The notes beneath the pieces were generated by a model. That model did not search any database. It saw only the letters and a list, made by a program, of their open reading frames with translations, and was not told the origin of the DNA. Shown here one piece after another: positions 1-12,593 of a DNA stretch of 64,000 nucleotides; the first letter of the stretch is position 1, and each line of letters starts with the position of its first letter. Origin of the DNA: Takakia lepidozioides (lineage: Eukaryota; Plantae; Bryophyta); the NCBI GenBank assembly GCA_030704615.1, contig CM060733.1, positions 27,094,001 through 27,158,000 on the forward strand, given 5' to 3'. A program made the translations under genes and the position numbers.

Positions 1-1540
1 TTTTGCCTTGATGTGACCCAACCTTCCGTAGTTGAAGCAGGCCTGTGACGATGTCTCTTCTATGAGCCCGATGGTGTAGTAATTACCCAACTCGTCAATG
101 GGGAGCCTCACATAAGGCGGGAGAGTAGCCGCATTTGGCATCATCAATACAAATTTTGCACTTCCTGAATCATTAAGTCTTGATGCAATGGTGGAGGATC
201 TCCAAGCAGGGTCATTCCTGATGTTGTCTGGGCACATGAAGGGATCAAACACTCAGAGGCAACCCATATAGTAACCAAAAGTGATTAGCAATATTTGGGA
301 GGTTGTAAAGGTATTGATCTGGTATGAATGGCACAGATACAATTATGGGCCCCCACAGCTTGCCATTATGGTTGCCCATATTGGATGACCATGGAAAGAT
401 ATTGATGTTGAACCCAAATAGATGTGGATTAAAATTGAGTGCTTGGGCTGCTGCTGCCTGGGATTCAAAAGCAATCGAAAAGAAGCCCCTTCCCTTTGCG
501 TGGCAAAAATGTTGTTTGAGCTCTCCTGGCCCTCCCAAGTGGCGAATCACCCAGTCTCGAACTGATTTTCTACTGATCTTTCTTCCAAAGTCTACAAGGA
601 TTCCTCTTTCTTCCAGGAATTCCACCCTCTTCTGCATGTCAGGTACGTGCATGGAGATGAGATCCCATTCGCCATCCATGGCCTCATGTTCCTCCACATT
701 TTCCCTGATGAGAAGGCCGTGATCGTCCTGGAGGGGAGTGGTGTCTGCCGCTGGACTGAGATCCGAGGACTGGCATTCATGAACCAGGTGTCATGAGATC
801 TGAGAAGAGCACGTGGGGGATGGTGGTCTCCTGATGATGGATTGACGCGGTGGGATTGCCTACGCCTGGTGGGCCAGATTAAAGAAGCCCGTACCCGAGG
901 TTGGCTGCGGGTGGCTGATCAGTGGAGTTCTGGATGGACCTTGACGAGGGCGTTTCCAAGAATTGGAAGAGCGATGCATTTGGGAGGCGTTGAAAGGGCC
1001 CATGCTAAGCTGAAAGGGAGAAGGTAGAAAGAAAAGAGTGAGCTTTAGCTAAGTCTGGCGTGCTTAGAAGAGTTTAGAGGTGGACAGAATAAAAGTGCGG
1101 GAGGGGCTTAGATTGAGTGTGATCGATAGGGAGAGCGGGAAAGGATGTCAGGAAGGCTAGATTCGTCAGCTGAGGGACCCGACCAGGTGGCAGTAACGAA
1201 ATTATATGCCATGAAGTTGACGGCAATTGCAGGCCTTTCAGAATCCCGATACAGATGAATTGTGCCGCTTACTTGCGTGGAAATTAAGAAGGAGAGGTGG
1301 GATGAAGAGGTGATGATGAGAGTTCTGAAAATGAAGGTGAATTGTGACCGATTTGTTACGGGAAAACATAATAAAGTGGAGTTTGAGGATGCTTATGCTT
1401 CCTAGTCCTGGAATCTGTTTGGGATGTTTGTAAGGGACTGGCTAGGTGGTTGAGGTAGAGTCTGGAAGGGACCTTGGGAGAGACGAAGAGAACGTTGGAG
1501 GCTCTTTCTCTCACCGCAAACGGCGGAGCTCCTACATCGC
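1..1540 (-). mobile_element. Degraded LINE (L1-like) 5' region and ORF1, running off the left edge
   Basis: ORF 245-697 has a DUF4283-like stretch (GRGFFSIAFES...INIFPW). Bases 60->1 translate to a decayed zinc knuckle (ACFNYGRLGHIKAK). Stops and frameshifts are present. The 5' boundary is approximate. Confidence 0.75.
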
Positions 1541-2761
1541 TCCCCCGATTTTATTCGGTTAACTTAGACTTGTGAGCTAGGTTCCCGGTTATGCATAGTA
1601 GAAATTTTTAAAAAATCTGCCGGATATAAATAAGTCCGGATATTCAGATTATAATATCCAGCAGGACTGAACTATATAGAGTCCGGGGGGAGGATGATAG
1701 CCAATCGCAAGCCCCCCCCATGGAAATGCGGCGCCCTAATCCGGATATATGAATTATAATAATATTTTTATTTTATTTTTATTTTGACCTGGCAGCTTAA
1801 TAACACTCGCCTATCGGTAAAATTAAGGTTTCGTCGTTTGGTCCTAATTATTAGGGCCTGATCAGCAGTGGCTCACTAAACTACAGGGTCCCCGAGCACC
1901 GTTGCCCAGGTGGTCATCTGAGCACGGGATTTTCTTCTGCTTCCCACTCTTTGGAAATTGATTCGCGATTACTTAGGGTCACAGCCCCAAGATGTGCTCC
2001 CACCCAACACAACAAACCCTCTGCAGACTGCTTTAAAGCTACCGAGCTATATACATCAATGCCATACACTCCTTACCGCCCTAGTAATCCAAAGTGCAAC
2101 ATTGAAAGCAGGCAACGAGCACAAAGAAGGTCTAGGATTCCTCGCAGAGCCCAACCCTGATAAGGAAGAGCATTGCAAGGGGAAGTGGTCCACCGGAGTC
2201 TTTAGTTGCTTTTGGGCTCTGTTAATTGTGGCCCCTCTCTCTTCTTGCTTCCCACAAAGCTCTTTGAGCTTCTCGTGGACGTTATAAAGTACAATTTTAT
2301 TTCACTTTATTTCTCCTCTTCCATAGTCACCGATCTAGAGTCATGCATTTACGTTTTGACAGTGTCACCTTCGCTGCCGTCTCCAGCCCCTTTTGGTGCA
2401 ACTGCTCTTGGAGCCCATCAAGCTTTTCCTCCACCTCTTAACTTGTAAGATTGCCTCCTCCTCGGCAAGGGCAGCGGCCAGCCTCAAGGTCCTCAAACTC
2501 CTGAGTTGAAGCAGCTAATTTTGCCTCACAACCGCCTGCCCAGGTTTTGACTTCCTGATGAGAAGTGTGACTCGGTTGTTAAGCGACATGGCCTCTTTTA
2601 AGACAATCCAGCTCCAGACAGTACCTAATCCTGGTTAACATACGCCAACATGAACCGGACTGTTAACCGGGTAACCGCCCAACCCTAATCAACTACTTGA
2701 AGCCGTAGACAAGGTGTGAGATCGGATCGACTCGATCGCACGGGTGTGACCTCCTTGAGTC

Positions 2762-4319
2762 ATGAGCACTTTCAACAGCAAGCTTTTCCCGTTTCTTAGC
2801 TGCAGCAACAGTCCATTCAAAAATGTATGCTTCGACATCGGTGGAGTTCTTCTTGTGCCTAACCTAGACAACAGTCATGGCACGCCGCTGCACCCCACTC
2901 GATTCAAGCGTATACTGCGCAGCCATGTTTGGTTCCATTATCTTGAGGGCAAGCTATCCTAGGCGGAAACCTTGCACAGGGTGTCCCTCGACACCGGTTT
3001 CAATGCAGAAGATATTCAAACATTCGTTGACAGAGCGAGAGGTTCTCTCCGTCCTGTTACTGCAATTCTCCAACTGGTAGATGCTCTAGGTGCTACGGGC
3101 AAGCTCAAACTGTTCTGCATGACTAATGCTGCTAGAGAAGACCACGACTACCTCCTCGCGAGATTCCCAGAAGTTTTCCAGAAGTTTGATAGCAAACCCA
3201 ACTTCGGTTATTTCCAGCACGTTTTGCACGAGACGGGTTGCAAAGCATCAGAAACCATTTTCATCGACGACACACTACAGAATGTGGTTGCTGCCGAGTC
3301 CTTGGGGTTCGTGAACTGGTGTTCTTGTCGGATCGGAAGAAGTCAAGGTGACGGTCAACCTCGTATTGTACCATCTTCGCACTTACGAGGAGAGGCTGTT
3401 AGCCGCTGCTGATTATTTGTTGCGGAGGAAGGGACCAGTTGATAGATGTCCCTCTCTTACGTCCGACGGCCTTCGAGTCACACAGCAGTTCGACCGCTTT
3501 TTGATTGCGGAACTGGTAGAGGACCCAGACTTCCTTCCCATGCACAAAGCTCCAGCAACCGGGACTTTTAACTTTTTCCCTCCAGAGGAAAGGCTGGCCC
3601 AAAGAGATCAAAATACCAACGCGGCCACCCACACAAATTTCCCAGATGATCTCGACACAACCTCACTGGCGCTAAGTGCCTTGTACAAGTTCTCAAAAGT
3701 GGACATGAAAACAATCGACGCCGCATTGGACAAGATGCTAGAAATGAGGAACGAGGACGGCTTTTTGTACTTCGACCCCTCGCGTCCACGGGTACATGCT
3801 GTCAATCAGGTCCACATATCCTACCTGTTTCACTAGCAGGCCGACCCGCACCTGCGAAGAAGACCGTTCAAAAAGTTTCTGTACAACTTGGTCAAGAGCA
3901 GAGCGTATCTGCGTGGGAGTATGTACTATCCCCTGCCAGACACCTTTTTGTGTCAGCTTGCTCGCCTTGCACGCAAGTTCAAGCTGCACTTCCAAAAGGC
4001 AGGTTTTCTGGAACTACTGGCGCAGCGGGTGAGCGAGCGTGCTGGAAAGCAAGGGAGCGCTCTGGCCCTTGCAATGAGACTGCTCGCTTGCGAGCTGTGC
4101 GGCATACGCAACACCAGCGATCGGGAGCAGCTGGCACGGTTGCAGAACGTGGATGGATCATGGGATCTTTGTCCCTTCTATACCTACAGCGACCCCCAAG
4201 GCTGGTTCGGGAATGAGGTCACTACAACTGCTTTTGCCCTGGCTGCGCTCCGCAGTGGATATCACAACCCCAACTTAGGTGTTGAAATTACATGCAATGC
4301 GACATGCACAGAGGCATGA
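2762..4319 (+). pseudogene. HAD-like hydrolase / class II terpene cyclase fusion (AstC, drimenol/albicanol synthase type), disrupted
   Basis: HAD motifs FDIGGVL, MTN, KP and FIDD..N are followed by cyclase motifs FPDDLDTTS (DxDTT), RAYLRGSMYY, ALALAMR, QNVDGSW (QW-like) and GNEVTTTAFA. Intronless. Lesions: in-frame TAG at 2960-2962, frameshift near 3311-3314, TAG at 3834-3836. Confidence 0.88.
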
Positions 4320-7300
4320 ACGGGAGACTCGTCGAGTTCTTCTCTTCGACTGGGCTTGAATTCTTGCAAGTAGTATCCACCATGTCGCCATCTCGAGTGG
4401 TTCAAATCGTTTTCTTCCACTACCTATTTGGGCTCATACAAACTTGCTGAAATGTCGAAAATCCTTGGGTTTGGAGTAGTATTTTGATATGTAAAACATT
4501 CTACATGCATGTGTTATCAATTGGTTATTTATTTCTAAAAAGTGCCACAATTTAGAAAGGCCTTACAGTCAATATGCTCAGGTCCAACCCTTTACTGTGA
4601 CGCTCTCAAGACTCATACGAGGCTGGTATCCAATACCGACTTGAATCTGGAGTGTGCACTGTGCATTCTTAGTCAGGCATCTCCGTGCCCACATTACTCT
4701 GCTCTAGATTCTAGACCCAAGAACGTTATCATGTCGTGGGCATTCGAGGGGTTTGTGATATGATTTGTAAAGTACAAAATAAAATGCAGATCCCTCATCT
4801 CCACCGTTTCTTCATGAATCAACAAGTACAAGTTTTAGAAGTTCGGTAGTAGAACGAGTCGGAGCTTAGACCATGGGTCAAACAGGTACGTCACAGCTAT
4901 GTCCTGTCACTGTAGCCTTGTGGGTATAAACCTTGTAGGCTACATTTCTTTTGGCATGAGCACATGTGGTATATGTATTGAATTCCCCACCTTCTTATTG
5001 CAGGTGCCTTAAGTTTAGTGACGTTGCTGGTCCTCAACACAAGTTCAAAAGTTTCAGATCGTAGTTTGTCAGCTTTGGGGACTCATCCGATACGGTAAGG
5101 CTACCATGGGACACCATGCCACTCGTTGGAGAGCCACGCTTTCTATCTTGAAAAACCTTCATGATTGCTGTTTTATCTTTTCTCTTGCTTTCTATCTTCT
5201 TTGTTTGAAGTTGAGCTGCTCTCTTTTGCAAAGCTCTGCCTTCATATCAGCTCTATCTTCAAAGCATATCGGTTTGACACCCTTGCAGGCAGCCATTGGT
5301 ATTGTGCAGCTTCCTGCAATCTACCTTGACTGGATCTATTGGAATGGCTGTTGCTCAACATTCAGGCGTTCCCTCTGCATCCCTAAGCAGAAGAAGTTGA
5401 ATATCAGAAAATCCCCATATGAAGGCCGGTGACGATCTGAGGGATTAATAAGAGCAAGCTTTGATCAGTGATTTGTACGAGCAAATATGGACTGTTGCGT
5501 TCCGGATTTTAGTTCAGGGCTGTTAGTCCATGAATTCTGGACCTCCATTGTGTCTAGCTAGTAACTGATCAGCAAAATTGCGTTGAAATAACACTCCCAA
5601 CCTATGATTTACTATACACAGCTTTGGACTTATCTTGACATTAGAGTCCTCCCGTAATGTAGAGCACTATTAGATAGACTGTTCGTGACAGCTCGTCAAC
5701 TAATTAGGCATTTAATTAGGCATTTATGTAGTGCATATCTGTAGAGTGGATTAAGGTGATCCACAGAATATTTAGATTGAGCTAAGGTCCATGCTGGCCT
5801 ATTTACCAGCGTTGATCTAGCGATCAAAATTTGTATATATTGGACTCTTGTCCATTCTTATTGTATCAAGAAGTGTGCCTTTCACTCAGACCATGGCTTT
5901 CTACAAACTGGCACTATATATGAAGAGAGCTCACAAGCAAGTTACGGCAAGTTACTCCACTCCAGGTTAATTGTCGAGCGTCGGAGGGCGACGATGCAAC
6001 ACCACTGCATCAACTCTGCACTAGACAAACACAACCAATTGTAATCAATCCTGGTGCTGTTTCTCTCTAAAAGAAATGATTGATTGATGGAAGTCTTGGT
6101 CAATCCTGTTTAGCTGTTCCTGTGCAACCAAAGTTGGCTCTCTCGCTGGATCCTCTTCAAGGTGTCGAACTCCTTCTTCAGAAGTATGTTTTTGCTGCAG
6201 AGAAAATGACCTCAAGTACGAGCTTATTCAGGTTCTATGTACAGTAGTTTTCCATTTCCAAGGTCATCACTTGTTTCGATATTGACTTCTCCATGCATTT
6301 GAATGACCTAGTTTGGCACAGGAACTCACATTTTCAGAAAAACAGCAGGTAAGACGCGTAGCGAGTCTCCATCCAGCTACCACGTCAGTGCAGGTATGGA
6401 TTCATTCCTCTTTGCGTATTGGCCAACCGTTGGTGCACCCATAAAAATGCCCTGACACCTTTAAAAAATGGGTGCTCCATAGGGGTACACGGGTGCACCG
6501 CATTTGGGGCATGCACCACGATGAGGGCTTCTAGCTTCTACCCTATTACCTTAATTTGATGTCTGGTAAGGGCCTGAGAGAAGTTGCATGGAGGGAGAAA
6601 GAACAAAGAACGTAGAGATCTTGTCGAGATAACTTGCGAAAGAAAGAGCCGATACAGGCCTACATGATCCACAGTGATTAGCTGCAAGTTTGCGATTATG
6701 TTTCTCTTCGTTGTAATGTCTGTGCGAGGAACTCGCTAGTTTGTCTTTTTTGAGGCTCTTGTTGTTGTATAGATGTCACAGGGTAAGTTACCATCCGGTC
6801 TGCAGGGGCGTGAAGGATAGAGCCAAAGTCTGTCGAGCTAGGTGCGTAGTGCACATGTGGTCAGGATACTCCCCTTAGAAGTTTTGTCGTAATCATGATC
6901 TTGGAAGTTTCGGATGTCTGATTTGGGCTGGAATGAGTCTTGAAATTTGGGTCGTGGGTGCCAGCTTCGTGCTAGCCCAAAATTCACCACCAAGGAAACA
7001 TCACACACTGTTCCTACTGAAATCTTCTCAGCTTGAGTCTGTTTTCTGCTCCCCAGAGGTTGCTAAGATGAAAGGCTCCAGGAGGTTGAGGTCAAAGAAC
7101 GTTCATGGAATCTGTCAAGGTGTTCGAGCACTTGAGCACAGAACCAAATGCAAAAGAAGTATTCAATCCAAAACCATTCAATGGTAATGAGCTTAACTCG
7201 CCACAAGATGATGAAATTGACTCTGCGTCTCTTAAGCAAATTCTGCTTTCATTCATCTTTGTTAGATGTACACAAAACAACTGGTAGGTTTTGCATACAT

Positions 7301-7508
7301 TGGTGAATTCAATAGACAGAAAACATCAAGGAAACTCCAAGAATTGGATCTAACAAATGTAATCATTTAACCAAAACATGATATACAATTTAGATTCAGT
7401 AACCAGTGCATTCTCTACATGAGGCTGTTCAGATGCTGCCCCCCACTGGTCATAGAGTGAGTGACAAACAAACCTCTTGGGTGACATCCAGATCTGCTGT
7501 ACGTACAC

Positions 7509-7700
7509 AACAGCTGTGCATTGACAAACAAACCTAAAATGGTGTAGAAATTCAAGAGCTCCTTTGAGTACATCCTGATCTACACAGGCTGCTCAATATC
7601 AAATAACAGCTGTGCATTGACAAACAAACCTAAAATGGTGTAGAAATTCAAGAGCTCCTTTGAGTACATCCTGATCTACACAGGCTGCTCAATATCAAAT
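7509..7700. repeat. Perfect 96-bp tandem duplication covering the VPS2 stop codon and proximal 3' UTR
   Basis: 7509-7604 is identical to 7605-7700 by direct comparison. Confidence 0.95.
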
Positions 7701-10700
7701 ATTGCGCAATGCTGCCAGTCTTTGCTCCAGATCATCCACATTTGAGCTGTGGACCCACACAAGCCACAAGATCAGCTCACTGTTCTTGTCTGTTACAGTA
7801 TACTCATAAGACATTGTTGGCGTAGCCATAGACCCCGGCCAGAACAAAAGGGGACACACTACCTTTGTGGGACTTTACTGTGATACAAAGAATTTGTTCG
7901 GGCTTTCCAGATTTCCTCTAGAAGAAAGAAAGTAGGGAACTTCATAGTGTCCATGGGAAGCTCACAGAGCTTAGGGGATAAGGGGAAAGAGAAAAGAGAA
8001 AAGAGAACAGAAAAGTGAGGCCTCAAGAGAGGTAGAATACTCATATGACTCCGCCTGGTGCCATAGCCTTCCTACAAGGAAACTGATAACTTAAGGTAAT
8101 CGATGAAACAAATGGCACTCACACAGCAATAGATGATATCCATCTTCAGGGTATCTTATGGTTTTCCATATATTGGAGAAGGATACCTTCCAGCATCTTG
8201 AGCCCTTGCCTTGCCAGCAAGCTTGCCCTTTGGTGCTGATGACAACTGTGCACACACCAGAAACACCATTAAGATTAGTCTTCTCCTTGTAATGGTTCGT
8301 AGACCTTGTGCACCTTCTGAAAATTCTCATTATCAGCGACCTACATCACACTTACACACACACACATCACACTTCTACTGTGGATGATTTGATGTATGTG
8401 TTCCAGCTATTTCAGTATCCGTTCATTGAAGACAACACTCTGAAATCTCTACAAATACTTTGTGCTGTGTACAATTAAACTGCAGCATAAGAAAATTCCT
8501 TGACTAAGTACCCCTGGTCTTGCACAATCAATCACACCCAAATGAGGTCTGCTGGCATTCATCTCACCCCCTAAATCAAAGGAATGCGCTCACATGCTAC
8601 TTCAAATATGCAACCTGAAACATAAGCCGCTCTAACTGTCAACTACTACCAAGATTGGGAATTGTTCTTCATCCTAGAAACAACAACCACAAAAGGCCTA
8701 TGCTTCCTCACCTGAGCTGCAATGTCAATTCCAATCTCATCAAGCACCTGCATTGACAGTTGCACATGTCAAACTAGGGTCATGCATCCCACACTGCAAG
8801 GTGGAACAATCCTGAGATAACCCAGAACCTACCACCAAAGAACTACTGGGGACCATGGGGAAGGAGAGAGACTTCAGTACAATGTGCCTGAGAAACAGTA
8901 AAGACTTTCTTTTCTGGTGCTGAATAACATGAAGAAAACATGAAACAGAGATCTGAATGCAGCTGACAGTTCTCGAACATCTGCAGAATCTCTACAGTAT
9001 GTCATGGACAACAGAAGAACCTGGTTGGTGAGCTCCTCCGTCTCTTCCTCTGCCTCCTCATTGTCCAACGCATCATCAATGGAGTCCGACATCATCTCTG
9101 TCTGTGAGGGGTCGCAACCACACTTGATACATTACTAACAAATGCGACACACTGAACATTACATCAGGAAGTTATCTGCTCTGCTCTGGCTCCCGCAAAT
9201 TGCGTCCAATATTTTATGGATCTTTCTTCCTTGATATTCGTAATAAGCATTCCTTGCATGTCAGTTAATCACATTGCCAAATACAGCCAAAGACAATACT
9301 ACCATCAATTCACCGAAATGTACCAGTGTGCTCTAAGAAAAGGGAAACAACGCCAGGGTCTACTAACCGTCATGTCCATTTGAGCAGACTGTCGCTGGAA
9401 CTCTTGCATCACTTTGGCCTGCTTTGCTGGTTCCATTTGCTGTTCAGTTTCCAAATGTGTTCAACATTAGTCCATCACACATAGCTTTTCATCCATTTTC
9501 CCTCTGTTGTTGGCTCTGTAACATGTTCTATGCATCCGTTACGGGAGATTATTGGACATAAAGGCAAGAGGCATAGCCAAATAATGCAGCTCACAAAATA
9601 ATCTGTAACCCAAATCTGACTGTCCTTAATCAAAGTTCATCATTTAATGCCATTCCGCCCATATTGGCTAGGTGGAAACAGTGACAACAACACCATAGAA
9701 ATGGAGTACGTTTGAACAGTCATGCAGTAGTTCCGGTGTGTCACATGGCAAGTTAGACTAAAGAACACTATACCTTGTTCATGGATGACATGGCCTTGGT
9801 GGCCCCTTTCATGGCGCCCGCCACTGCTGTGTTTGCATACATAGCCTGTGTTCCAATGCATGTCCCCGCCCTTTAGGACAGAAAGAAAGCAACACTTCAC
9901 GATTTCGCAAGAAGCAGACTGCTGGACTTTTAGCTTGTCAAAAAATATAGGAAATAAGAAGACCCCCTAAATAGCATTCATAAGGAGAAATTGCCCATGT
10001 GCTCTCTTCTCTGTGCACACCTGTGTATGACTGGCCACACCGCGCATCTGGGCACGACTACCCTGCAGCTTGGCGATCTGCTGACGTAAACGTATTAGCT
10101 GCCGTGCCAATATCTTTGTCGCTGCCTGCACCCCTCGGGCAACCCATTGTTACAGATTGGTCGACACTTGAAGCTGTGACAATGGGAATCCAAGATGGTA
10201 TTCATCAACTCTCCTTGTCGTGGCCCTCCATTTCTCCAAGAACTCAGCCTACTAAAGCACTCTCTGTGCAATATTAAGCAGACAAGGGAGAGACATGATT
10301 CCAAGAAAGACACATTTAGTTAGTCCTGATGAGGAAAAACAGCTTGACTCTGTACAATTTATATCAGCACATACTAAGAGACAAGTTAGTCCCTTATTCA
10401 GCTAATGAGAAATTGACATGACCATTTGAAGCTCCTCAAAGCCTTCAGCATAAACCGAATGCAGGTACCAAACAAACTTCTACATGGCAAACTTGACATG
10501 AACTTCAACAACAAGAAAGCAAAATTTGCACAGTTGCCATCTGGAGGAATACCTCATTCCCAGTTTTTGCTGTCTTCTTTATCTCCGCAACAAGTTTTTT
10601 CTCCTGTAACAATGTATCCCCTTGTCCTGGTGATGAATTTGGTTAACAAACAGCAATGGTGCTCTTGACCAGCATGACTGGCAGAGGACACATGACACAA

Positions 10701-12593
10701 CCTACTTATGCAAAACCCAACTTGATAGCTTGGATTCAACCTTTTGAAGTCAAAACAGACATCATGATTTCAATGCTAATTCAGTGGTTGAAGTCATGCA
10801 CATGCTTGATCCTTGACTCTCTGTGGATTCCAATCTTTGAGACCACAATACCTCTCAAGAATATCTTTGTTTGATGATCCTAGTCATGGATTACTGTACA
10901 TTTGCCTATAGAGTCCATCTTGGAAATTTTGCCAGCTGGCATATTAGAAGATGTAGCTCCAAACTTGCCAAGGGTCTCATAGTTTCCACCATGTTTTGTC
11001 GTCTCCAAGATCAGCTACCATCTAATCGTTAGACATTTAACAAAGGGGTGATTTTGCTCAGAAAATGAGAGAAAATTGTGGGAGGCCCAAAGGGTCATAG
11101 TTGAACAAACAGAGAGCTGAACAACAGAGACAGACACACACTCAGACAAACACAAAGACCCTTTTGGGATTTGGGAAGGTGACTTCCTGTACCTCTAATT
11201 GTAATGTTCCAATTTCGCATTCAATCCCTGTGGAAACAGACCCAACAAAATGAATCACTTTAAAGCCTCCTGTCACTTGAGAAATACAAATAAGTGAATT
11301 TTCTCTACATATCAGACTTCTGACTTGAACTTTTTTCAATTCACTTGATTGGCCACCCTGCCATACACCATTTCCCACATTCTAAACTCTCCTTTCATGA
11401 CGCAATATTTTTGAATTGATTGGCCACATTTAGCCTTCTCAGGCTGAAAGCTTGTTGCGTGGCTAGATAGGCCTTGTGTTCCCTCATTAGTGTTAATAAC
11501 AAATGAAGTCCGTCTGTAACTCTTAAACCCATTTTGATTTGCTGCACAAGAGCATATTGACAAATAAGCAAGACTTTCTGTTTCAGGAGAGAGCCCACAA
11601 GTAGTGATTCTCACAAAACTGCAATTGATACAAACCACAAATTGGATAAGGACACTTCTAAGCACTTAGTCGGGCAAAACGTTACCTCGTGTTGCAATTG
11701 CCATCTCCCTCTTACTAGTCCGAAGTGCATCTGTGAGACAGATAAAACACGTTTTAAAATTAAGCCAAAGGAAACCACAGCTCTTATTAGAACTCTGCCT
11801 GCCCTGCTACACTTTGATGGGACCCCACTTGAATATGATCATGTGGTGTGGAAAGATTTATTGAATCTTACCCCACCATGAAATGGCTGGGAGCAAAGAT
11901 TTCCACGACCGATTCACAATAAACAGCAGAATAATCTCCAAGCAAGTCCGGGTGAAAAATCTGATCAAATGACACAGTACCTTTTGACTGCATGTGGAGA
12001 GATAACCCTTCCACCCACAAATCCATTTTATTGGACAAGGTGTGGAGAAGGGGGGAGAAGGGGTGGTTAGCTCTCCGTCCATGGAGAAATAGGTCCATAT
12101 AGGTCCATACAATTCCCCATACAACGAACACCTGGTGGCTGAACTAATAGAAGAAGGCATCATGAAATCCTCAGTAATCATCCCAAATTATCATATCAAC
12201 CTAGTAAGGCAATAAAAACTCCTGGAAACACAGGATCGACTGGACCCGGTAATCAGCAGTACTGAGAGATTGGTTTTTATTGTGTTAGGACACACACCAT
12301 CCTGCAACAGTAGACCTTTGAAGACGAATTCCAATGTTAGTTGGGGGCAATAAGTGGCAACGTTGAGTATACCACAGGACTTTTATGACGTCCACAGGAT
12401 GCTAGTAGCTGGGTTGGGGAATTGACAGAGAAAGAATTACTCAGAGCAGAGGTCACATCGAGAAAGAGACAGAGAGAGGGAGAGAGAGAGAGAGGGGTGT
12501 GGGGGGGAGGAGATGGTCACTCTGAAGCAAACACAGCTCGACTTTAAGAACGATACCTTTAGCATTAGGTTTCTTCTTGAATATGTTCATCAT
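7695..12593 (-). CDS. VPS2: ESCRT-III subunit VPS2 (Snf7/CHMP2 family, VPS2.2/2.3-like), 11 coding exons
   Basis: GT-AG exons 12593-12557, 11730-11686, 11227-11193, 10603-10553, 10125-10021, 9845-9774, 9439-9368, 9101-9021, 8747-8712, 8245-8187 and 7746-7695 join in frame: MNIFKKKPNAK...EEKKLVAEIKKTAKTGNE...EMMSDSIDDALD...VDDLEQRLAALRNI*. Confidence 0.93.

Noticed and set aside
2960-2962. Idea that the in-frame TAG stops in the terpene cyclase are repaired by U-to-C editing or read-through
   Set aside because: Such editing is organellar, and the gene also has a frameshift and deletions.
8041-8071. Exon-like 31 nt in the last VPS2 intron (would end RKAMAPGGVI*)
   Set aside because: The conserved C-terminus is obtained by skipping it, and there is no support beyond the splice-like dinucleotides.
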